A DNA stretch of 64,000 nucleotides from Eledone cirrhosa (lineage: Eukaryota). Below are positions 26,101 through 36,399 of the stretch, in pieces. The translations under genes were made by a program, and so were the position numbers. How positions within the stretch are numbered: position 1 is the stretch's first letter; each line of letters begins with the position of its first letter. The DNA lies in NCBI GenBank assembly GCA_964016885.1, contig OZ024741.1, forward strand, positions 194,432,001 through 194,496,000. The letters are read 5' to 3'. The notes under the pieces are model-generated. The model was not told where the DNA came from. It ran no database searches and saw only the letters and a list, made by a program, of their open reading frames with translations.

Positions 26101-26471
26101 AAAAAGAAAAATCATAAAACCATCACACCAGCTAAGGTCTCGGTAGACAAGTTAGGTCATTACACATCGTAGACAATAGATAATGCAGTAGGCCGCACGC
26201 TAAAGTAGCACCAACATTTCATTTTCCTTGGGTACAAAATCAGTTGTATAAGATATGAAAGCAATCAAGTTTTACAGTCAATGTGTAATAGGAGGTAACC
26301 AGAAATAGACATCATATGAATAACAGGGCATTATATTGTTTTCGGTGAAAGGTTTCAGTAACATGTGTGAATTAAACTGAGGACAGTAAGGTTACTTACT
26401 GGTGACAACCGTGTCATCTTTAACCTTTAACAAACATACATTCACTGGCAGAAAATTATAACTATTCTACA

Positions 26472-26592
26472 AATAATTGTTTCTACTTTTGGCACAAGGC
26501 CAGCAATTACTCAGTGCATTACTGGTACTTTATTTTATCGACCCCGTAAGGATGAAAGGCAAAGTTAACCTCGGCGGGATTTGAACTCAGAA
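26472..26592 (-). mobile_element. SINE family 2 fragment
   Basis: Same B box and central domain as 15186-15510 and 29030-29243. Confidence 0.8.
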
Positions 26593-27389
26593 TTTAGACA
26601 CAAATAGTTTTGCTGCCAGCAAAGGAGAAATGGAGAGTTGTGTTTGTCTTTCCACGGATTATATTTGCTTTAGGAATGGACACTTTTATTTAGAGAATTC
26701 TTTTCTTTACAATTACTTATTTACTGATAATATTTTCGTAAGGACGAGGAAGATATTGATTTGACCGAAGAGGCAATGTTCTGATTTGGTACTGTTCATT
26801 TACCAACTTTAGTGACATAAATATTGAGGATTAAAGCGTCGAAACATACGCACACGCCGCTGTTATATTGTATTTCAGCTGTGGCTATTTAAAACTACAT
26901 CTATGGAGTTCAATGAATAATTATTGGTGTAATTAGTTGTTATTGTTTTATATACATTTTAATATATCTAACCAATAAATAATATGAAGAGCATTGCGAG
27001 GATGTAAAGACCTTCATTTCAATTACTGCCGATGAAAAAGTATAATTTTAACCAAACGGGGATGAAGAGAAATATCTCCCTGAATAGACATTAATCCATA
27101 AATATTAAAAATAGATAAGTAATTTAATACAAACCCGACAACGGTGTTTATTTAAATAATTCCATAAGAGACAGTTGCCGGCAGGACGTAAGATCAAATC
27201 ACTAAGGTCACTACAGACCATCTTTCACTTAACACACTCATCGACGTTATATAGTATTTTAATTTATGGAAAGTAGAAAATATCTAAAAATCAATATAAT
27301 TAAAATAGCTTAATTTAAAATATTGAAAATATTTCAAATGCATTTAGTATCTAAATTAGCATTAATACGAAACTATAGAGGATTGACAC

Positions 27390-27940
27390 CAACGTCAGTG
27401 AAATAGAAAGACTAAGAGAGGGAAGGAGTAGAGTAAAATTAGAGAGAGTAAAAAAATAAAGTAATATGAGAGAAAAAGAGAGATATAAGGAAAAGAATAT
27501 AATTGAGAGCAAAATAGAAAGCAAGAGAGTAAAAGGAATAAAAGAGGGGAAGAAAAAGAAAGTGATATACATATAAAGAAAGAGAGAGTGAGAGGGAAGA
27601 TATAGGAGAAGTCCAATATAGCAGTGAAGAAAGGAAGACAGCACAAAACAGGGAATGGAAGAAAAAGACAGAAGATAATGGAAGATAAAATAAAAAGATG
27701 ATAGTGAAATAGAGGGTAATGAAGAGAAAACGAGAAAGAGAGAAGCAGAGAGACATAGAGAAGAAGGATCAGATAATGAAGGGGAGGAAGAATAAAGTGT
27801 AGAAGAGGAAAGGATGAGAGACGTGACTTCGAAGAGAAAGACACATAAAGAAGATAAGACAAAAAGATATAGAGGGAGGGATCAGAGAAAAACAGAAAAA
27901 GACTTAGATACATGTAGGTGGAGGAAGGGGAGGAAGGTTG
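27390..27940. repeat. Purine-rich (GA) low-complexity tract upstream of CHP1
   Basis: ~550 bp of almost only A/G on the plus strand. Confidence 0.85.
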
Positions 27941-28207
27941 TGTAAAGTGTTATTAATCGTTGCAGGAGTTGCTCGCATTTCTATGTTCCAGTGGACACAT
28001 CGTGTCATCTCTCTCTTTTCTGTCTCTGTATTTTCAACTTCAACAGTTCTTTCTACTGTCAACACATTACTGTTATTGACATCTTCATTCCCTCTAACAT
28101 AATTAATTAATATAATCTGTAATTACTGTTATCAAGCCATTCACCAACCATAACAACATATCTATCTATATATATTATATCTTCTAAATACATCAAATTT
28201 CCCCATC

Positions 28208-28274
28208 ATGGGAGCACGTACGTCGAGGTTACTCCAACATGAAGAAATCGAAGAAATTTCATCAGAAACTGGTT
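28208..28274 (+). CDS. CHP1: Calcineurin B homologous protein 1, exon 1
   Basis: atcATGG start; MGARTSRLLQHEEIEEISSETG aligns with the vertebrate CHP1 N-terminus MGSRASTLLRDEELEEIKKETG; 67-nt exon, phase 1, GTAAGT donor; myristoylation Gly2. Too short to appear in the ORF track. Confidence 0.9.
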
Positions 28275-28740
28275 GTAAGTTGATTTATTGTACTTCGTGT
28301 ATACAGTTATTTTATTCCATCTTCTTGTATAAACCTCTGTATATCATCTAATGCCTATCTACGGTTACTCCTCCCTTTGAAAAAAATCTTTTGGAATTTG
28401 TTGCATTTCTTCTATAAACAAATCATTAGTTTGCAGCGCTAATATTTTCAGCGAACTATCTTCGGGCCCGGTTTCAATTTCCACAAGGTACCAGTTTTAT
28501 TGCTTTCGTTGCTACAGCTGGTAAAGAAGGAACGTCAAATTATTATATAACTAACTTCTGTTATTAATTTAGTGCTTCATAGTATAGAACTGGTTTCTAT
28601 TCCATCCTTAATGTCCACATTAATCTGACATTTCTTCTCGGCGAAGAGGTTGACTTTGTATTTCTTCTATATCCTGCTTCGACATAGTAATATTTCCTTA
28701 TGGTTCCAAACCCTCTGTCTGTATGTATATGTGTGTGTAC

Positions 28741-28783
<43 letters not shown>

Positions 28784-29029
28784 GTGTGTGTGTGCGCTAT
28801 GCTGTATTGCAGAATATATCTATGGATGTTTAGCCTACATTGTATAGATAGACGTAAATACCTTGTTTTTAAATACATTATATTAGTGGATAGAAAAAAA
28901 GAAATGATCAACCGGACTATTTAGAATCATATGCGGCGATTTCATCGGCGACTGAGTACCATTTCTAACAGTCACCGTGTATACTTATTATAAACAAACC
29001 TACTATCACGAGAATCTTAAGCACCAGTA

Positions 29030-29243
29030 GCTTGCTGTCAAGAATGCATTGTCTGAGTTCAAATCCCGCCGAGGTTAACTTTGCCTTTCATCCTTATGGG
29101 GTCGATAAAATAAAGTACCAGTAATGTACTGGGTAATTGCTGGCCTTGTGCCAAAAGTAGAAACAGTTATATTCTGGGGTCGATTTAATCGCCCTTCCCC
29201 TCCCCCAAATTACTGGCCTTGTGCCTATACTAGAAATTATTAT
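29030..29243 (+). mobile_element. SINE family 2 copy
   Basis: GAGTTCAAATCCCGCCGAGGTTAACTTTGCCTTTCATCC...; further copies at ~11950-12030 (-) and ~34148-34320 (+). Confidence 0.8.
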
Positions 29244-29709
29244 ATTCATATAGATCTACCCATTCAAGTTAAACCCGTGGTATTAGTGAGTTGATAAGCA
29301 TTGTCTCTGTGGACAGTTAAAGAAGGAACTCGGTGGTTGATGAATCCTAACACAAGACTGAAACTAATCCAGCTTTTGTGGCCCACAAAGATATTGTATA
29401 TAAAGAAAGGTTATTTACATTTGTTTGTGTATTGGCTAAAGATCTATAAATATATTCCATAGTAAAAGTTAACATTGGAACAAAACACTATTAACTCAAC
29501 AATAATATCATTATTGTTTTTATGAGTTAGGACGATCACTTTGCAATGAAACCTTTTCCATAACAACTAATTCTAATAAGTAGATATTTTTTTATTCATT
29601 TTAAATAATATGGAATTCATTACATTTGATTACACTAACAGTTTGATAACATTATCCACAATCACGATAAATTGTTTGTTATGCGCGCGTATGTACACAC
29701 ACACACATA

Positions 29710-29850
29710 CTAGCAGAGATACCCGGCGAGCCCGGGCATTTTATGAAAGTTACCATATATTTTGGCACATATCACAAAATATTTGACTAATGAAATATGA
29801 TTACTGTATTTTAACTTAAATATTTTAACTTGAGAGATCACAGCTCCGAT
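29710..29850 (-). mobile_element. 3' end of a non-autonomous Helitron
   Basis: Minus strand reads CCCGGGCTCGCCGGG hairpin, then TATCTCTG-CTAG-T. Confidence 0.55.
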
Positions 29851-30161
29851 ACTATGGTTTCAATGTCTCAGGAAAGAATCGCTGGACAGATTTTACGGTC
29901 AAAACCAACTGGCAGGAGACCCAGGAGTAGACTCTGAGCAAGATGGTTGGATAACATCTATGAGCTTGACTGGTCTTGCTTGGGGATCCAGCCGGATCAG
30001 TTGGTGAAGGTTGCTTCTGACGGGACTTGCTAGAAAGAGTGTTTGGGCACTCCACGACTCTCTCAGGGATAAGTGGAAAAAGAAGTATATATATATATAT
30101 ATATATGATATGTTGATTTAAAACTGCACTATCCACAAGTGTTTTTTAGCCTTCATATCAT

Positions 30162-30247
30162 GTTCTCCTGTTTTATCTGATGAAAACACAAATATTATTG
30201 CATGATGATGTTTGTTTTTGAAATGCGCATAATAAAATACATGGAAC
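30162..30247 (+). ncRNA. Type I hammerhead ribozyme (family A, copy 1)
   Basis: TGTTTTAT-CTGATGA-[16-bp stem II]-GAAA-TGCGCAT-A-ATAAAATA: core intact, stem III palindrome ATGCGCAT, AUA cleavage triplet (H17 at 30231), stem I pairs. Confidence 0.85.
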
Positions 30248-30869
30248 TCCTTTAACCATCTTTTGATCTTATATATTATATATATATATTTATCTATATA
30301 TATATATGTACATATATTTATGTATGTACATAATATTTAATATCTAATATTTGATAAGATTTTTATACCAATCAAAACCAGTTATATTTAATGCAGCAAT
30401 TATAAAATTATTCATTCTGTCAGATTAAAGAAAAAATGATCTTTCAATATACTTCTATGCATTTTCGCCTTCACTTTTAACTGTATATATACAAATATAT
30501 TGAAAGATTATTTTTTCTTTAATCCGACAGAATGAATAATTTTATAATTGCTGCATTAAATATTTAAAAAGATGTTTTTTCATGTATTCTGTGAGCAGTT
30601 CGACTATATGTGAGTTTTCTGTCAAAATTTCTTATATATATATGTTCTTTATAAAGGTGTGGTGGTGAAGGTGGGGTTCAATAGATCAGGAATTCAATTG
30701 GTTAACACTTGGTTTAAAAATAATGTACTTACTATTCATGCTAATAGCCAGATGGCATTTTTAATGTCTGTGAAAAGGTCAGTTTAGGTGTGGATATATA
30801 ATTAATCTTTTGTCTTGTGATATACGTGTGTTTACTCCTTGTATCAAGAGAAAAAATTGTTTTTAGGGA

Positions 30870-31900
30870 TTGTAGCTAAAAGTAATGCACAGACACTGGA
30901 TGAGTGAGTGCAGAACAGTTTCATCATTCTGCTCTTGGTCAGGTCCGTCTGACAGCACTTCCGTGCCTGTAGAGTATATCTCAAACTATCAGAGCTTCCC
31001 AGTAGCACTGCCGAGCGAGGGATTTCTGGTAGATATCCATAGTCCCCAGCTTGAAAGTCCTCCAAAACAGACTGGTCAGTTCAATTTTGACGACGCCTAG
31101 AGCTTCTCCAAGGGTGTTGTCGCACTTGCCTATGATTAATCTTCTATAAAGCTCTAGAGTGGAATTTCCACTGACTGGATTGCTCGCCTGGGAGAGGAAA
31201 GTGGGCACCTGGCAACATTCCAGATGCTAGGCACCCGGTCTTGTTCCCTTCTTGACCCAGGACTGCAGCTCAGTTAAAGACATGAGCTGCAGAAAGCCTG
31301 TCTCACACATGGTGACTACACCTGTTCACCATTTAAGAATATCTGGAGATGCTGCAGCCTCAGTACATGTTTGAGCATCAGCCATGCTATACCCAGCCCC
31401 TCACGTAGATGGTGTTGGCAGCAGATGGACTGCCTCACCACAAAAAGTAGAAGAGCAGTTGGTCCAATTTGATGAGGTGTAAATGGGGTCAAGGCATGGG
31501 GGTCAAGTGGTAGATGATGGACGCGATGTACATGTTCGCCACCTCCACCCAACTTTTCAGGGATAGCTTCCTCTGTCTATTTCTGGGTGAGAGTGGTCAT
31601 ACTACTTGTTATCTCATCCTAGTTCTTATCCACCTGGATGCCTAGTCTGAACCAGACCCCAAGCAGCTGCACTGGTCCGTCCATCCAGTGTCCGACAACG
31701 CTGTTGAACGGCATAGATTTACCTTTCCAGGTGCCGAGCTGCAAACCCACTAACTTTTCTGGATTCAGTTATGCTCTCGTCAACCTTTCATATTCTTCTA
31801 AGAAGATGTTGATCACCTTGATTTTTGAAGCATTCAACACCTCCCGGTGATATCATCCACATGTGCCAACACAGACTTTCCATGTCCTGGTTCGAGTGGA
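30870..31900 (-). mobile_element. Tx1/L1-clade RT fragment
   Basis: HVDDIT...NPEKLVGLQLGTWKGK...PVQLLGVWF. Confidence 0.7.
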
Positions 31901-31949
31901 ATGATTATTCCCATCCATAGATCACTATTATCTAATGGGGAATAATTAT

Positions 31950-33480
31950 ATATTTAATTGTGGTTTGTATTTGTTAATTAATTGTTTTTCATTATTCATT
32001 CTCTGTTGTTGAGTGAAAGAGACTGAGCATTTGTATAGTGGGAAAATTTTGAAATTGGGTGTGTTTAATCTTGCACACATTGTGATGTGGCTGCTGAGGG
32101 GGATTTGTCTTGTGTTTTCATTGCAAATTTATTGGCAGTGTATGGTCATTCTTTTGCATAATTAGATTCCTGTCTGTCCTATATAATTTTGCAGACTACA
32201 TAGAATGTAATCACTGAGTTGCAAGGTAAATTTTGTTTTAATCTGAAGGTTTTTCCATGTTTAAATTTGAATTCTGAACCTTCAATTAGGTATAAGCAGG
32301 TACCACAATTTGTTCTTTCACATTTTGTATGGGTTTTTGTCCCAGTAAGGATGTGTTTTAGTGTTTTGGGCTGTCGTTTACTCTTGATGATTTTGTGTGT
32401 TTCAAGAATTTCTTCATTTTTTCATCTTCATATAAGATAGGAAGATTTTTGCGAAGGTGGTTAAACATTTTGATATTTTGGGAGTTGAAAGTTGATACAT
32501 ATGGTAAAATATTTTCCCTGGTTTTGATTTGTTTTTGTTGTCCTAAGCTCTGGGATGCCTATAAGTTTAGCCCTTTCTATTCTATCATTTGAAGACTAAG
32601 ATCTTCAATACTTACATCCTACTAGTTGTGTTATATGGCCTTGATTGTGTTAATTGGACGACAAGGTCACTGAAGAAACTCTCTACATTCCAGAGCCACA
32701 TCATGAGACTTATGACTGGCAAGTGGCTCAGCGACCGTATCTGTATCAGTGAGCTGCTCAACATTACCAAACTTAGACCAACTACATCAGTTGTCAAGTC
32801 AAGAGTGCTTAAACTGTATGGTCATATCAAAAGATCAACTCGTGGTGTTAGAAGGAAGGTTGGCTGGTAAGAGAAGCAGGTGGCAATCAAAAGAGGTAAG
32901 AGGTGGCAATGAAAAGGATGGCTTGATAATGTCAACATATGGACTGGGCTTGACCTCTGCTCTTTAAACTCTGCTGTTGGTGATCAAACTTTGTGGAGAA
33001 AAATATCTCTTGTTGATGCGCAGTCTGCAACTGGCAGAGTTTAGCGTGTGTCAATTTTGTGGGTATTTACGCCCAGTGGGAATGTGCTTTGGGTGAGTAT
33101 ATTTTTTAGTTCATCCAGTCTTTGCTCACATTTGATTGGGTCCGATATTATCATGCAAATTCTTTTAGCTAGGTTAAAAGGAATGTTTAGTTTTGTGTGT
33201 TTTGGGTGACTTGATGTTAAAAAAAATGTAATGTGTAAAGTCTTTAGGTTTAAAGAAAATGTCTGTTTCTATTCTTCTGTTTTTAGAGTTGTGATATCTA
33301 AAATGGTTAGTTCTTTGGTATTAAACTCCATTGTGAATTGGATGTTGCTATTAAGGTTATTAAACATATTTTTAAATTCTGTAAGTGTATCAAGATTTTC
33401 CTCCCATAAGATAAAGCAATGATCCAGATACCTTTTCCAGTTGTTTTTTTAGTAGTATGTGAAATATTAGTTATATTATT
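31950..33480 (-). mobile_element. Degenerate Penelope-like element (RT thumb + GIY-YIG), interrupted by a LINE fragment
   Basis: KRYLDHCFILW...NIQFTME...LDI, HPKHTKLNIPFNLAKRI, and the GIY-YIG remnant YIGQTG...KRMTIH. Confidence 0.75.
32590..33040 (+). mobile_element. LINE 3' fragment nested in the Penelope-like element
   Basis: KIFNTYILLVVLYGLDCVNW...LKLYGHIKR...WLDNV. Confidence 0.7.
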
Positions 33481-34649
33481 TAATCCCTCTAAATTCTTCA
33501 TTATTTTCAAATTATTTGAAAATCATAAGCAGTGTCTTTCATTAGAAATATGGTAACAAAAGAGTTAAAACTTTGGGAGAATTTGGCAGTTTTATTAGTT
33601 GAGTTCAATAACCTTTTGTATAAATTTTAGATTGTTGGTGATTTCCAAGATTTTTTTTACATTAATTGTAGTTGTCAAGTTACTTGAGACCAATTTATTG
33701 GTACCATTCATGTGTACAGCCATAGCTACAGTTTTTCAACACTTTCTACAATTTTTCACTAGTAATTGTTCAACATAATTGTGTTAAGTTACTATCTTAG
33801 TAATGAAATAATCAATAATTTTAGTAAATCCCTCCCAAATTCTTAATGAGTTAATTGAAATACAGTATTTCATTAGAAATCAACATCATCATCATATAAA
33901 GTCCATTTTCCCTGATAACAAAAGGGTTATGGTACATGTTTTAAGCAATCACAAACAAATAACTGCCTTTCTTACTATCTTCTTTAACAAATATTTTGAA
34001 AGGTCCCTCATTTTTAGATATTTCTTCAACAGTGAGTGTTGTATGTTTGGTCAGTACTGTTTATTGCTACTTGTTATTTCTACGTTAATTTATTGTCGTT
34101 TAGCGTATTAAACTAAATCTTAACTTTATTTCCATTATAATGTATAAGAGCAGTAGATCGGCAGAGTTGTTAGAGCATGAGAAAAAGGCTTAGCAGTATT
34201 TGTTTCAACTTTTACTTTCTGAGTTCAAATCCTGCTGAGGACAAAAATAAAGTCCCCGTCAAGTACTGGGGTTGATATAATTGACTTTACTGGCATTGTG
34301 CCTTAATTACAAACATTTATAAAGTGTCTTGTAAATATTTCAGTCTAGTCATGTTTTGTATTCTGCCAAGAAATATTGAAGTTGTCCAAAGTTTTTTTAC
34401 TCCCAACACCACCACCATACACATTAAACTCTTAGTCATGTTAAATAGTATTTATCATGTGGTCATTGGGATTAGTCATGTGACAGCAAATATGTGAAAC
34501 ACATAATGCTATGTGTTATAACATTTTGTTTAAACTAGATGTGTTTGAAAGGAAATAAATAGGTATGCAATATTGTTGTTTAGCTACAAGTTGGCCCTTA
34601 TGGAGCTGTTATTTTTCCTTTCTGGATACAGTGTACTATGGACTCTAGA

Positions 34650-34890
34650 TATAGTTAATGTGTGTGCTTTTTGTGCGCCATTAACATAGTTCTCAGGAAG
34701 ATTCTGTGTGATGCAATGTATGACTGGACTGGCCCCTTAAATTACAAGTACAACTCATTGCCAGTTAAGTGGACTGATGTAACATGAAATAATGTCTTGC
34801 TCAAGGTCCAACATGCTGCCTAGTCTGAGAATCAAGTTCACAACCTTATGATCATGATCGCAGCAGCCTAAACACTGGCACACACCTTCA
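34650..34890 (-). mobile_element. Diverged tRNA/CORE SINE
   Basis: Reverse complement of the CCTTGAGCAAGAC core and tRNA-like head. Confidence 0.55.
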
Positions 34891-35225
34891 TCTAAGACAG
34901 TTGGGTGTGAATTAAGGTAGATTTGGCTGCTGTGTCTAACATGTCAAGTGACTATGCAAAAGCATTTTCATATGTGTATGCTATGTGTATATGTTTTGTA
35001 TGTTGTGTGTGTCTGTATAAATGGAACTTCAGACTTTCTTATTTTACCATTCCTATTTGTCCCATTATTTTGAGGTAAGTACAAGATGAGCTATGGGTAG
35101 ATGTACTCCTCAGTGAAAGTTTAGTAGGGTCAGATGCATTGAAATCATAAGACTCTGAAACAAATGTATACTACATACCACATATATATATATATAATAT
35201 ATAAGATCAAAAGATGGTTAAAAGA

Positions 35226-35312
35226 GTTCCATGTATTTTATTATGCGCATTTCAAAAACAAATATCATCATGCAATAACATTTGTGTTTTCATCAGATAA
35301 AACAGTAAGACA
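35226..35312 (-). ncRNA. Type I hammerhead ribozyme (family A, copy 2)
   Basis: Reverse-complement copy of the same fold in the left arm of the 35194-35540 palindrome. Confidence 0.85.
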
Positions 35313-35424
35313 TGATATGAAGGTTAAAAAACACTTGTGGATAGTGCAGTTTTAAATCAACATATCATATATGTTGATTTAAAACTGCACTATCCACAAG
35401 TGTTTTTTAACCTTCATATCAGGT

Positions 35425-35508
35425 CTTCCTATTTTATCTGATGAAAACACAAATATTATTGCATGATGATGTTTGTTTTTGAAATGCGCATAATAAAATA
35501 CATGGAAC
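35425..35508 (+). ncRNA. Type I hammerhead ribozyme (family A, copy 3)
   Basis: TATTTTAT-CTGATGA(35438)-stem II-GAAA(35481)-TGCGCAT-A(35492)-ATAAAATA. Confidence 0.85.
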
Positions 35509-35800
35509 TCTTTTAACCATCTTTTGATCTTATATATTATGTATACTCCAGTCCTACAAACTGTAGAGTGCTTCTTACCCGATATCTGCATTGCTTTATT
35601 GTACTACAATAAAACTCACCTCCTACATATATATATATATATATATATAACTAGACTTTACATATTTCCTCAACAAGCATGCATCCAGCTGTCATAGGTG
35701 TGTATCTATATATGATTGTATATATATATTTGTGTATCTATATATGTATATATATATTTGTGGACATGCTCTTGTGTGATATATATATATATATATATAT

Positions 35801-36222
35801 ACTAGCTGGCCCATCCGGCTGGCAACCCGGCTAGGTATACCTGACCCCACCACTCCACTGCAAAGATACCACACACCCTCCCGTGTCACATTGTCCTTCC
35901 GACTCTCTCTCTCTCTCTTTTCCCCTCCCTCTGTTTTTCTGTCTCTCTCTGTAGATGTGTGTGTGTGGTTTTCCTAATCTTTCTCTAAATATCTCTCAAT
36001 ATCTCTCTCTGTATATATTGAAGGGAGATACGGAAACTAAGTGTTGTCATATAGAGAGTGAAGAGCGACAGAGAGAGTAAAGCAGTTAAATTATAGAGAG
36101 GGGGAATGATCTATTATAGAGAGAGGAAAGAGCGACGGAGAGAGTAAAGCTAACAAATTCTAGAGAGGTGTGTAGGATACATACATACATACACACGACA
36201 CTCAGCTATATAATATTATAGA
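35801..36222 (-). mobile_element. Non-autonomous Helitron
   Basis: Minus strand starts A|TCTATAATAT with (GTAT)n and ends in a CCGG...CCGG hairpin followed by CTAG|T. Confidence 0.65.
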
Positions 36223-36399
36223 TATATTTATGTTATTATTAGTGCAAGGTCTTTGTATTTAAGTAGCTGTCTTTTTATGTTGAAAGTATTAAATGAATTG
36301 CTGTTTTTATATATAAAGAAATAGTTGTGTAGAAAATGTCTTACATGAGAGAAAACAGCAATAGTTTTTTTCCATATACTATCAGATGTGTAGAGCTTC

